This document shows positions 20,137 to 31,023 of a stretch of DNA of 64,000 nt, one piece after another (the first letter of the stretch is position 1; every line of letters starts with the position of its first letter). This DNA is from Promethearchaeota archaeon (GTDB taxonomy: Archaea; Asgardarchaeota; Lokiarchaeia; Sigyniarchaeales; SOKP01): assembly GCA_016926735.1 (NCBI GenBank), contig JAFGOA010000063.1, positions 10,226-74,225 of the forward strand. The letters are read 5' to 3'. The translations under genes and the position numbers were made by a program. The notes under the pieces are model-generated. The model saw nothing but the letters and a program-made list of their open reading frames with translations. It did no database searches and was not told where the DNA came from.

Positions 20137-23100
20137 GTGAAAAAAATGCAAAAACAAAAATTAACAAAATTTAAGGCGAAACTTGTTATAGCACTATTTC
20201 TTATCAATATGGTTTGTATATTCGGATTTGGAAGTTCTACTTTAGCATCCGAATCTATGAATCCTCAATTTGATATAAATGAAGGATATTGTGCTACATA
20301 TGATTTTGAAGATGAGCTTGTAGGAGCTGAAGGAACTGCTATTTCATTTGTTAATAGTATGTATGATAAATATGGAACTGTTTATGCAAAAATAACTGAT
20401 TCTGGCGATCCTCATCAATATTGCTTAGAAATGTATGAAGGACGTATATCATCAACTATGCATGTTCAAAATATGTTCAACACAGCAATAAATGAAGGTA
20501 CTGTTGAATTTTGGTGGTATCCATATCAAACAACTCATACAGGATGCATATCACTAATTCCAGAAGAAGGAAGTAATTATGGAATTGTAATACAATATAC
20601 AAATGAAGGTGGATGGACATATTATAATGGACAAGCATGGATAGATATTAATGGTGCTACATATTCAGCATTAACATGGCATCATATCAAAATATCATGG
20701 GATTGTGATGATACCTATTATAAGCTGTTTATTAATAATGTTGATGTATCTATTGCCCATGGTGATGAATTGTATTATCGAGGTGATTCAAATAATTTTG
20801 ATTCATTACTTTATCTTAGATTTTGGTATGGATGGAGTGATAATACTGTAGGAAAAGAATTATTTGATGCTATCGGGTATTCTTGGGATTCTAATTATAA
20901 TATCGGCGATAACAGAATTGTTGATCAATTATATGAGGGTGATACTGTTACTCTCTCTTGGAATCTTATTGATAAAGAATGTAATGATTATGTCGATGGA
21001 TATCAATTAAGTTATACTGATTATGATACTGAGATATGGATACAAAAAGATTCTAGTGAGTTTACTAAAATCGCAACCCTGGATTTTTCCGGTGGTTTTA
21101 GTGGTGGTGTATCAAGCACTCAATACTATACATTGACAATACCTATAGCGGGAAATTACAAGTTCCTTCTAAAAGAATATTCCCGTGAGAAAGGCTATTT
21201 AATAACCTCTGAAATGATATGGCATAGCATTCGAGAAGATAATTTAATATGCGAGGAAGAAACTGACGTTTTAGTTGTTGATGAACTTCTTTATAATCTA
21301 AATCTAATTCCAAATAGCGTTCATCAAGGAGAACAAACAGAAATATCTTGGAATGTGGATTCTAAAGATGAAGAGGGTATCATTTATGAAACAAGTCTTT
21401 CTCTTAAATATCCGGGGGAAGAAACATTTCAATATATATCAACTTATGAAGGAATTGGGGAATTTAGTTATGAAACTGAACCATTAATTGAATTGGGAGA
21501 ATACCTTTTTCACGCTAATTTGTCTCTTACATATAACTCTGAGATCATCTCAACCACTTCAGAATTTCTACCATTTTTAGTGAATAGAATCGATATTAAA
21601 AATGAGGATCTTAGTGATTATTCTCAACTTGAACCTCTTATTGATTATGAAATTAATCCTTCCTCTTACAATCCGGAGAATAATGATATAGTCATACCAA
21701 ATATTGATAATTATTATGAGATTGGAGAAGGAGATGATAAAAAACCAGTATTAGGGTTTCCATTAATATATGATACTCCTGCAGATTTAGATATATTTTC
21801 TCAATCTATTTTAATACAATCTGTTTTAACAGGTGACAAAACAATTATTGATTTCGAAAGTTCTAATGATATAATTCCTTTCCCTAAAGAAAATGGCAAT
21901 TACACTATTGAAATATTAGGTCATTATTTATACTGGAATACGAATACTCAAGGATTTGAATTTCATAAATGTCGTTCATCTCAAAATACCTTTGAAATAG
22001 AATATGAAATTGAGATAAATAATTTAAAAGATGGGGCTATTGCAGTACCTGATCCTGGAATATATCCCGCAACTTTTGGATTTGAAGATGAAAATATACT
22101 CTTTTCAAATGAATATGGATTTATAAGTGATTATGATCAATACTCAGATGACGAGATTAGAATTCTTGATAATCTCAATGGTCATCAAAATATATTAATG
22201 ATAAATGATCCAACAAATCCAAATGTTCAATCAAGAGTAGAACATATTATTAAAAATCCACAATCAAAAGGTGTTATTGAATTCTACAATTTATTTCAAT
22301 GGAATGATGCTCCAGGATCACAAACAATATCATTCATGGATGAAAATGATAATTTAGCTTTTAAAATTGAATTGGAACCTGAAGTATATCCTACATATAG
22401 CGATTTTAACATTAACGGATTTCATGGGATAGTACCATACTCTTATGTAATGCAAAACAGTTGGTATCATCATTCTATAGAATTTGATTTTGATAAAGGT
22501 ACTCAAGGAGAGGTAATATGGATTTTAAAAGACAATGAGGGTGAAGTTATAAATCAAATTGATACATATATTTTAGATACAGAATCTTCTAGTAAAACGA
22601 TCGCTACGATCCAAATAGAAACAAGTAAAGACGATAGTGGATATTCAATCTATTTCGATGCTTTTGGCTTCTCTTGGGATCCATTCTATAATGTTGGAGA
22701 TAACCTACAGAGAGGATTTGAAGTAACATTTGATAAATTTGATTCTTTAGGAAAAATTCGAGTTTATCATGATAATATCATTTCAAATGAATTATATTCA
22801 AATTCTGTAGTTATACCATACAAACAGGATGCTAAAAATCATCTTATTTATATAAGTGGTAAAGATTCTACAGGTGTTGAAACTTTCTCTAACATCATTG
22901 ATTATAATAATGGAAATTACAAAGTAGATGTTAAAATTGGTTATGATTCTAAAGCAGCATGGTATATTCGAACTAAATGGGGACAGGGTCCTGAATATTT
23001 AGCTGATCGTGTATCAAAGGCTCTTAATGAAGGATTTAGACAATATTTTCCTATTGTTTTTAGGACAGGAACTTCTGAAGGATGGCTTGAACATCAAGAA

Positions 23101-23664
23101 TTCACTCCTACTTCGGACCTAGAATATTCAATAGGAGATCGATTGGATGATTGGCATACTGATTTTAATTGGCACATTGATAAAAGTATTCCAGGTGAAT
23201 CTAGTGATTTTGATCTTCTAATTATGTTCACATTTGATGATAGCTTGGTCTGGGATAAAAATATTGGTGGAATGGCTGGAGTGGGAGGTGATCGTGCTGT
23301 TATTAACCTTGGATGGATTCCTGGTGGTATAGATTACATTACAGGATTACCTGTAAATAATCAATGGAGTGATTTTTGTCATTTCACTATTTTTGGACTT
23401 TTAGGTATGTTTTTCCTTGGATTTAATCATCCTGGAATCCTTAGCATGATAATGCATGAAGTTGGACATTGTTTTGGCATAACAGGTGAGGGGGACCTCA
23501 TGAATGGAGGATCTGACTGTTTTGGATCTTTAGAGTCTACAGGTGATACATACATGTTTAGATTTTCAGTTATGGATTATTTTTGGGGTTTTCGTGGATA
23601 TCATAAAGTTTTTGATTATGGTCACCAAAAAACAATAAGAAATTATCTAATACAAAATTACTAA
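20137..23664 (+). CDS. Large secreted protein with LamG/ConA-like and Ig-like modules and a C-terminal zincin (metzincin-like) protease domain
   Basis: Near-identical N-terminus to 17085; two G.Y.AT..FEDE...FDA.G.SWD..YN.GDN modules; MHEVGHCFG plus SVMDY Met-turn. Confidence 0.75.
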   Translation: MKKMQKQKLTKFKAKLVIALFLINMVCIFGFGSSTLASESMNPQFDINEGYCATYDFEDELVGAEGTAISFVNSMYDKYGTVYAKITDSGDPHQYCLEMYEGRISSTMHVQNMFNTAINEGTVEFWWYPYQTTHTGCISLIPEEGSNYGIVIQYTNEGGWTYYNGQAWIDINGATYSALTWHHIKISWDCDDTYYKLFINNVDVSIAHGDELYYRGDSNNFDSLLYLRFWYGWSDNTVGKELFDAIGYSWDSNYNIGDNRIVDQLYEGDTVTLSWNLIDKECNDYVDGYQLSYTDYDTEIWIQKDSSEFTKIATLDFSGGFSGGVSSTQYYTLTIPIAGNYKFLLKEYSREKGYLITSEMIWHSIREDNLICEEETDVLVVDELLYNLNLIPNSVHQGEQTEISWNVDSKDEEGIIYETSLSLKYPGEETFQYISTYEGIGEFSYETEPLIELGEYLFHANLSLTYNSEIISTTSEFLPFLVNRIDIKNEDLSDYSQLEPLIDYEINPSSYNPENNDIVIPNIDNYYEIGEGDDKKPVLGFPLIYDTPADLDIFSQSILIQSVLTGDKTIIDFESSNDIIPFPKENGNYTIEILGHYLYWNTNTQGFEFHKCRSSQNTFEIEYEIEINNLKDGAIAVPDPGIYPATFGFEDENILFSNEYGFISDYDQYSDDEIRILDNLNGHQNILMINDPTNPNVQSRVEHIIKNPQSKGVIEFYNLFQWNDAPGSQTISFMDENDNLAFKIELEPEVYPTYSDFNINGFHGIVPYSYVMQNSWYHHSIEFDFDKGTQGEVIWILKDNEGEVINQIDTYILDTESSSKTIATIQIETSKDDSGYSIYFDAFGFSWDPFYNVGDNLQRGFEVTFDKFDSLGKIRVYHDNIISNELYSNSVVIPYKQDAKNHLIYISGKDSTGVETFSNIIDYNNGNYKVDVKIGYDSKAAWYIRTKWGQGPEYLADRVSKALNEGFRQYFPIVFRTGTSEGWLEHQEFTPTSDLEYSIGDRLDDWHTDFNWHIDKSIPGESSDFDLLIMFTFDDSLVWDKNIGGMAGVGGDRAVINLGWIPGGIDYITGLPVNNQWSDFCHFTIFGLLGMFFLGFNHPGILSMIMHEVGHCFGITGEGDLMNGGSDCFGSLESTGDTYMFRFSVMDYFWGFRGYHKVFDYGHQKTIRNYLIQNY

Positions 23665-23698
23665 ACTTCAATATTTTTTTTTTCTTTATTTTAATTTA

Positions 23699-24787
23699 TT
23701 GCTTACTTATTTATACTTTCATCTATATAACTTGCAATCTAAAATCAAAAAATTTTTTGAAATTCAAATTTATTATACTTATGACCCTTGGCCAACAGCT
23801 ATAGATCATGATAATTCGAAAATTACCTTAGAATATATAAAAGTCGGAGGAATAGACTTTTGGGAAATAGAACCATCAGAAAATAGTGATATATGTTATA
23901 ATCCTACGATTGGTTACTTGTATAAAGATGTTTTTGATGGGATGCTACCTTATAAGAGCACAGGCGCTATGGAGAATAATCCCCTAAATTATGATAAATT
24001 AATTGCAGGGTGTCCTACATTATTTGAAAACATAAATAATGATTTCATTATGTCATTTAACTCAAGACATCCAGGAAAGAGAGGATCAGGAGATTATGAT
24101 GGAGATGGGTTTTTTAGGCCGAGTATGACATGTTTTCTAGCTAATGATAGATCTATCCCACACTACAAGCTTGATAATTGGATCAATTCATTAGAATTGA
24201 ATTTACGAATAATAAGATCAGATGGAACAGTTATTAATCATGCTATGGGACAAACTCTAATTGGATTATTTCCGTCTAAAAATGCTTATAACTATGATAT
24301 TTCTGATATAGAAGAATCTGCGGGTATGTTGGAACAAATATCTTTTTGGACAGGAATGCTCAGTACTGTTGGACTCATTCCAACACCATATACAGAAGCT
24401 GCTGGAGTGATTTTAGAAGTTATAACTATAATTATAGATGTAATATTAGCCCTTTCAAAATATCAATCTCAACCTCCAACTGAAAAAGTTATTACTGAAG
24501 GAGAAGACTTATCTGCAAAATGGGAGACAGGCTTTAATTCTTATTTTGCGAATCCAGACTTAAATAATTTTGGTATGGATGTGAGAATTGATCCAGATTT
24601 TCAATTAGATAATTCTCCAGAAGATCCAGGATTTTATCAGATTCAATTTAGTTGGAAAGCCGACATCAGACGTTTATTCTCCTTTTTTCTTAGTGATCAA
24701 AATATACTACCAAATTTTCAGTTCTTTTATAAAAAAATAATCACAGGTTCATACTATATAAATTTCGAATATAAAGGTTCGGAGTAG
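23699..24787 (+). CDS. Hypothetical protein, probably an orphan C-terminal module lacking its own signal peptide and promoter
   Basis: First ~22 codons overlap the repeated AT-rich 3' element; hydrophobic hairpin FWTGMLSTVGLIPTPYTEAAGVILEVITIIIDVILAL. Confidence 0.55.
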   Translation: MLTYLYFHLYNLQSKIKKFFEIQIYYTYDPWPTAIDHDNSKITLEYIKVGGIDFWEIEPSENSDICYNPTIGYLYKDVFDGMLPYKSTGAMENNPLNYDKLIAGCPTLFENINNDFIMSFNSRHPGKRGSGDYDGDGFFRPSMTCFLANDRSIPHYKLDNWINSLELNLRIIRSDGTVINHAMGQTLIGLFPSKNAYNYDISDIEESAGMLEQISFWTGMLSTVGLIPTPYTEAAGVILEVITIIIDVILALSKYQSQPPTEKVITEGEDLSAKWETGFNSYFANPDLNNFGMDVRIDPDFQLDNSPEDPGFYQIQFSWKADIRRLFSFFLSDQNILPNFQFFYKKIITGSYYINFEYKGSE

Positions 24788-24992
24788 TGATTAATTAATC
24801 TAAACAATTACCTTTTTTTTTATTTCTATTTTATTTCTTTTTAATCATCTGATACTACTTACTAAAAATTTAAAAAATAAAATCAAAAAATTTTTTAAAA
24901 ATTCTGATTTAAAGATCATTATATATAAAAACTGAATTGCAAGTTTTAAATTTAAAATTCAAAAATTAAAAATCTTAAAAACGTGAAATATT

Positions 24993-26684
24993 ATGTGTGC
25001 ACAACTAGGTGGACAACCTATTTTTATTATGAAAGAAGGCACTGAAAGAACTCGAGGAAAAGACGCTATGCAAAATAACATCGCAGCAGCTAAAGTCATC
25101 GCTGAAGCGGTACGAACGTCGCTCGGACCACGAGGTATGGACAAAATGCTCGTAGATCAATTCGGAGATGTCGTCATTACAAATGATGGCGCAACAATCT
25201 TAAAAGAAATTGATGTACAACATCCTGCCGCTAAAATGATGGTCGAGGTCGCTAAAACTCAAGACTCCGAAGTTGGCGATGGTACAACAACAAGTGTTAT
25301 TCTTGCGGGGGAATTCTTAAAAAGAGCTGAAAAATTACTCGAACAAAAAATTCACCCTACTGTTATCGTCGAAGGGTTCAGAAAAGCCAGTGAAAAAGCT
25401 ATCGAAATACTCGAAAGCATATCCGTACAAAGCGGAATTGATGATCATAAAGGTTTAAAAAATGCTGCTATGACTTGCATGTCTTCTAAAATCGTATCTG
25501 AAAGCAAAGAAATGCTTGCTGAATTATGCATTGATGCGATTACAGCAGTCGCAGAACAAAATGAAAATGGAGAATGGGTTGCTGATATTGATAAAATCCA
25601 AATCCAAAAAAAACAAGGCGAAATGATTGATGATACCAAATTAATTAAAGGTATTATCCTCGATAAAGAAGTCGTCAGCCCTGGAATGCCTAAAACTATA
25701 AAAGACGCAAAAGTACTCCTTTTACAATCTGCTCTCGAAATTGAAAAAACTGAATTCGACTCTAAATTACAAATTACAAGCCCAGATCAAATACAAGCTT
25801 TCCTTGATGAAGAAGAAAAAATGCTCAAAACTATGGCTGATAAAATTGAAGCCGTAGGAGCTAATGTCGTCATATGCCAAAAAGGTATCGATGATATGGT
25901 ACAACACTTCTTAACAAAAGCAGGTATCATGGCTGTAAGAAGAGTGAAAAAATCCGATCTCGAAAAATTAGCCCAAGCAACTGGAGGTAAATTACTCAAT
26001 GGTCTTGATGATATCACTCCTGAATCCCTCGGAAATGCTGGACTTGTCGAAGAAAGAAAAATCATGGGAGATTCATGGTTATTCATTGAAGAATGCACTA
26101 ACCCTAAATCTGTTGTTATCTTAATCAGAGGAGGAACTGAATTGGTCATTGATGAAGTTGAAAGAGCCATTCACGATGCACTCTGTGTTGTAAGAGATGT
26201 CGTAGAAGACCAAAAACTCGTCGGTGGTGGAGGTGCTCCTGAATTAGAAACTGCTGTTCAATTAAGAAAATATGCATCAACCCTTGGTGGACGTGAACAA
26301 CTTGCTGTTGAGGTTTTTGCTGATAGCCTTGATATAATTCCAAAAACACTCGCAGAAAATGCCGGACTTGACCAAATTGACATTCTCATGAAATTAAGAG
26401 CTGCTCACCAAAAAGGTAATGTTTTCGCTGGATTCAATCTCGAAAATGGTGAAATCCAGAATAACATGACCGATGTTAATGTAGCTGAACCTACTGTTGT
26501 AAAAATTCAAGCTATTAAATCAGCCACAGAGGCATGCTCTATGATTTTGCGCATCGATGATGTAATTGCAGGAGTTAAAAGCTCTTCTGCTGATATGCCT
26601 CCAGGTGGAATGCCTCCAGGTATGGGTGGTATGGGAGGTATGGGCGGTATGCCTGGCATGGGCGGATATCCGGGAATGATGTAA
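24993..26684 (+). CDS. ths: Thermosome (group II chaperonin) subunit
   Basis: [34 protein letters not shown]-rich tail; GC-richer, high-expression-like codon usage. Confidence 0.96.
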   Translation: MCAQLGGQPIFIMKEGTERTRGKDAMQNNIAAAKVIAEAVRTSLGPRGMDKMLVDQFGDVVITNDGATILKEIDVQHPAAKMMVEVAKTQDSEVGDGTTTSVILAGEFLKRAEKLLEQKIHPTVIVEGFRKASEKAIEILESISVQSGIDDHKGLKNAAMTCMSSKIVSESKEMLAELCIDAITAVAEQNENGEWVADIDKIQIQKKQGEMIDDTKLIKGIILDKEVVSPGMPKTIKDAKVLLLQSALEIEKTEFDSKLQITSPDQIQAFLDEEEKMLKTMADKIEAVGANVVICQKGIDDMVQHFLTKAGIMAVRRVKKSDLEKLAQATGGKLLNGLDDITPESLGNAGLVEERKIMGDSWLFIEECTNPKSVVILIRGGTELVIDEVERAIHDALCVVRDVVEDQKLVGGGGAPELETAVQLRKYASTLGGREQLAVEVFADSLDIIPKTLAENAGLDQIDILMKLRAAHQKGNVFAGFNLENGEIQNNMTDVNVAEPTVVKIQAIKSATEACSMILRIDDVIAGVKSSSADMPPGGMPPGMGGMGGMGGMPGMGGYPGMM

Positions 26685-26850
26685 TAAAATCAAAAACAAA
26701 TTTTATTTCTTTTTTTATTTTAACATATTTGAAGAATTTTTATATTTTTTTAAGTCCCTCAAATCCATTTTTATTTTAGTTTATATATTTTTTTCAGAAA
26801 AAATTATCGATTAAAAATTTAAAATCTCTGAATATATAGTTCTAAAAAAA

Positions 26851-28689
26851 ATGGAAAAAGAACAAGAAAGACCTTATGGATATATATATAAAGTAATAAA
26901 TTGCATTAATGGAAAAGTGTACATAGGTCAAACGGTTAGTAGTCGTTGGTCTGCAAATAAAATTCCTATTGAAGAAAGATGGAATGAGGAAATTAGAGAA
27001 GCATATAATAAGTATAGAAATGGAAAATCACTTCGTTATATTGAAAGAGCTATTATTAAATATGGACCTGAAAATATGAATCTTTTTGAACAAGATATAG
27101 CATATAAAAATCAAAAAGAGCTGGATGATAAGGAGATTTTTTGGGTAAAAGAGTGCAAATCATCTAATAAAGAGTTTGGATATAATTCAACTGAGGGTGG
27201 AATGGGAGGAAAATTAAATGATGATGTAAAGGAAAAATTAAGTCAGATTAGTAAAGAATTTTGGAGTGATCCAGAATACCGTGAAAAATTAACTCAGATT
27301 AATAGAGAAAGATGGAATGATCCAGAATATAGAGAAAAAGTCATCCAAGGTATGAAAGAGAGTTGGACTGATGAACGAATAGAGAAAAAACGGGAAGAAT
27401 TATTAGAAAAATGGCAAGATCCAGATTTTAGAAAACTAAGAACAGAAATAAATAGAGAAATTGGTCAAAGACCAGAATTTAAAGAAAAAATAAGCGAAAT
27501 TTCTAAAGAGCTTTGGCAAGATCCAGATTATCGAGAAAAACAATGTAAGATAAATAAAGAGCGTTGGCAAGATCCAGAATTTCGAGAAAAACAGATAAAT
27601 GAAAGAATACAACGGCAAAAAGATCCAGAATATCGAGAAAGAGTAAGTAATACAATGAAAAAAGTTTGGGAAGATCCTAAATATAGAAAGAAGCAAAGTA
27701 AAATAAATCGAGAGAGATGGGAAGACCCAGAATATAAAGAAAAACAAAGAAAAATAATAAAAAAAAGATGGCAAGATCCAGAATTTAGAGATAAATCTAT
27801 AAAAATAAGACAAGAATATGGTAATACACCTGAATATAAGGAAAAAATGAGTGATATTGTTAAGGAACGTTGGAAAGACAATGAGTATCAAGAAAAAGTA
27901 AGGAAAGGTATGGAAAAAAAATGGCAAGATCCAAAATATCAAGATAAAATGAGTAAAATTCATAAAAATAAATGGAATGATCCAGAATATCGAGAAAAAC
28001 AATTAAAAGCAAGACAACAAAAAAGAAAAGAAATTCCTGATAAATATCAATTTTTTAAAGATATTTTAAATATGAAATATAAAGATATTTCTTCCAAATA
28101 TAAAATGGGCAGTACCGCCTTTACCAAGAGAATTAAGGAGACCCTAGGTGATTTTGGAGGTAAGAACTACACAACAGCAAAGGAAATTTTAAAGGACAAA
28201 GATCTTGATGAGTTTATAAAGCAAATCGAAAATAAAGATAAAAAGATTAAAGCTCAAGATCAATCCAAAGAAAAGAATTCTAAAATTCAAGAGGATAAGA
28301 ATTTTAAAGAAAAAGGTAAAGAGAAAGAAAAGAAGACAGAATCGATCCAAGATTCTAAAGAGAAACTCCAAAAAGTTGAAAAACGCTCTGATTCTAAATC
28401 TTCGATGAGCAAAGACTTGAAGCATCTAACCACCAGACCTCCTCGAAAGCGACCATTAATACAAGATTTTTTATTCATTAAACCCCCAGAGAAAAAAAGT
28501 GATTTTTTAGGGATAACAATGGCTTCAAAACCTCACAAAGATGATCTGAGAGGACTAATTCTAAATCGAGATAAGAAAGGAGATGATCTTAAGCGATTAC
28601 AAATCACTAGTGAAAAATCTCAACCTAAGAATCCTGATATTATTCTAGCAGATAAAATAAAGAAAAAGCGTAAGACTCATGAATTATAA
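26851..28689 (+). CDS. GIY-YIG endonuclease with NUMOD3-like tandem repeats and Lys-rich tail
   Basis: GYIYKVINCINGKVYIGQT, ERW, AIIKYG, ELDDKEIFWV, GYNSTEGG, then 15 W.DPEYREK repeats. Confidence 0.85.
   Translation: MEKEQERPYGYIYKVINCINGKVYIGQTVSSRWSANKIPIEERWNEEIREAYNKYRNGKSLRYIERAIIKYGPENMNLFEQDIAYKNQKELDDKEIFWVKECKSSNKEFGYNSTEGGMGGKLNDDVKEKLSQISKEFWSDPEYREKLTQINRERWNDPEYREKVIQGMKESWTDERIEKKREELLEKWQDPDFRKLRTEINREIGQRPEFKEKISEISKELWQDPDYREKQCKINKERWQDPEFREKQINERIQRQKDPEYRERVSNTMKKVWEDPKYRKKQSKINRERWEDPEYKEKQRKIIKKRWQDPEFRDKSIKIRQEYGNTPEYKEKMSDIVKERWKDNEYQEKVRKGMEKKWQDPKYQDKMSKIHKNKWNDPEYREKQLKARQQKRKEIPDKYQFFKDILNMKYKDISSKYKMGSTAFTKRIKETLGDFGGKNYTTAKEILKDKDLDEFIKQIENKDKKIKAQDQSKEKNSKIQEDKNFKEKGKEKEKKTESIQDSKEKLQKVEKRSDSKSSMSKDLKHLTTRPPRKRPLIQDFLFIKPPEKKSDFLGITMASKPHKDDLRGLILNRDKKGDDLKRLQITSEKSQPKNPDIILADKIKKKRKTHEL
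27259..28020 (+). repeat. 15 tandem ~51-nt (17-aa) coding repeats, consensus xWxDPE(Y/F)REKxxxxxxE
   Basis: Recurring TGGCAAGATCCAGAAT; counted by hand from the translation. Confidence 0.9.
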
Positions 28690-28779
28690 TATTACCTAAT
28701 CTCGAAAAACCTTGAGATTTAAGAAGGTAATTTGTAAATATATCTTAACCACTCATTAAACTTGATTTTTTGTTAATAT

Positions 28780-30775
28780 ATGAATGATCCTCAAGAGCCA
28801 TTAATTTGGCAGACAAGAATTAAAATAACCCAAGCACCTCATACTCTCGAGGAAAAAAAATTACCTAATATAACATCTCAAGATGATTATTATGCATTAC
28901 AACCAGTAGACAAGTTAGATACATTTTTGATGGACCCTTTTGGATTTCTAAACCGACAATCATATGGAATTGAATTAACTTCAGAGAAAAAGATAAATTG
29001 GGTTTTCTATACCAAAGCTGAATCTAAACAAAAGGCATTCGAAAGGGGGTATACTTGGTTATCAGAATTAAAATATCAATTCAAAGGATTGGATGGAATA
29101 GTAAGTGCTAAACCGATCTATTTGGGCGAATTTTTAGGAAAATCCAACCTAAATATTCATAATTGGAGTAGAATACAAGAGATCACAATTCCAAAAGGGA
29201 TTTTGAAGTATAAGATCAATATTCTTGAGAAATTCATCACCATTTTTTACCTTTAATCAAGCTCAAGCGCGAGAAATCAAATTGTACTTAATTTGGTGTA
29301 AACTTCCCCCACGAGAAGATGAGCATCTTCATAAAAACACATTATATCTGTTTCGAATCTTTATCATATATAATAAAAAGAATTTAGATGAAGAGGATCT
29401 TTTGAAGATAAGAGGAAATATTGAATTTTTATGTGCTAATTTAGAGGATTTAAATGCGAAAAAATCAAGATTAAAATATCCTAAAGATATCCAGTTCCAT
29501 AATCTTTTATCTGGAGAAGTCTTTTCGGAAATAAAGGATAGATATTCTAAGAGCATATTGGATGAGAGTATTAATTTCACATTTCCAACAAGCTTACCTT
29601 TACCGAGATTACCTATTTTAAAACATGATAATGTAAGATATATTGACCTCGATGATAAATTTATAGATGATGCCATCCCACTTGGATATCATCTTAAAGA
29701 TGGAGTGATAACAACCCATATTACTTATATCCCAATTAATAAATTTTCCCAAGATTGTGTAATATTTGGCAAATCTGGGAGTGGAAAAACCTATTTTCTC
29801 GCTAATTTAGTACATGAATTTTATAAAAAAACTAAAGATCGACGTTTAGGTATCCTTATTCTCAATGTAGCTAAGGAAAACCAAGAGATCTTCTATCAAG
29901 ATTTTTTGATTCTAAAATATTCGGATGCTGATTTTAAAATTCCCTATTTTTTTAGTGATGATACAAATAAACTTGAAAAGCACCTACAAGAAACTGCTAC
30001 TTATATCTGTGCCTCCTTAGGATTGAAGAATGTTTTTGAAAAGATAATTTATCGCTCTATGGTTGGGATAATTCGTTTAGAGGGGCATCTACCAAAGAAT
30101 TTTTACGAATTATTGGAGCTAGTTGAAAATTATATGAATATTAATTCCTATGGTCCAGAGGAACAAGCTAATCTTATGCAAGCATTTCGTAATCGAAAGA
30201 ATGTATTTGAAGAAGAAAAAATCCAAGATGTTTTAAATCTTTCAGAAGAGATTCCTGAATGGTTGAATGATTGGATGAATGGTAAGAATATTTATCTTGA
30301 TTTATCAGTATGTAGCAAATTCATAAAATTGTTAGTTGTAAATGCAATATTCCAACTTATTAGGGTAATAACAAAAGATATTGAATCTGATGAATTAAGA
30401 AACCTCATAATCATTGATGAGGCTCATGTAATTCTTGAAAAACCTATAACTAATAATAGTGATGATGCTGATTTTATCATGAAAGAACAAATGTCTAAAA
30501 TCTTCTCTGAATTGTTGAAGGAATATAGAAGTCGGGGTGTGGGTTTTATTATTGTTGATCAATCACCTGAGCGTCTATTTGAAGATGTTTCTTCTCAACC
30601 AAGTATTAAATTCCTTTTACGTTTGGATTATCCTAATAATCTCTTATTTTCCGAAGATCCTGAAGAAAGACAAATGCTTTCTCAATTAGAAAATCGCTTA
30701 TTATTAGTAAATAATGGAACAACGGGTGAAAAATTTCTATTAAAGACTCCAAATCTATATAAATCAAACTATTAA
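28780..30775 (+). CDS. HerA/VirB4/FtsK-like ATPase split by a +1 frameshift near 29251-29256 (programmed, pseudogene or assembly error)
   Basis: ORFs 28780-29256 and 29225-30775 overlap; Walker A GKSGSGKT, Walker B IIIDEAH, EYRSRG, DQSP. Confidence 0.75.
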
Positions 30776-31023
30776 ATCTCAATATCATTAATTGAAAACA
30801 ACTTAAATTAAAATTATATAGGTAATTTCTAAATTTTCATATCCCAATTATATACAACAACAAATAGAATATGATTATTGTTGATCTTAAAAAATCTGGA
30901 AAATGGTAATAAATAAATAAGAGTTTGAGTATTAGAAATTTGGACGAATTAATGCATAAAAACTAAATAAAGTTGTTTTTTTCAACCAATAAAGACAAAA
31001 ATTAAAAAAGAGGTATTCAAACT

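Noticed and set aside
17622-21260. Diversity-generating retroelement TR/VR pair
   Set aside because: Both copies are coding, differences include indels and are not adenine-specific, and there is no reverse transcriptase in the window
26600-26684. GC-rich GGM repeat
   Set aside because: Ordinary chaperonin C-terminal tail
27259-28020. ~51-nt periodic repeats as a CRISPR array
   Set aside because: Repeats are degenerate, in-frame and protein-coding, with no repeat-spacer structure or cas genes
27436-28478. Minus-strand Phe/Leu-rich ORFs
   Set aside because: Antisense shadows of the Lys/Glu-rich GIY-YIG gene; the same applies to most short overlapping ORFs in the track
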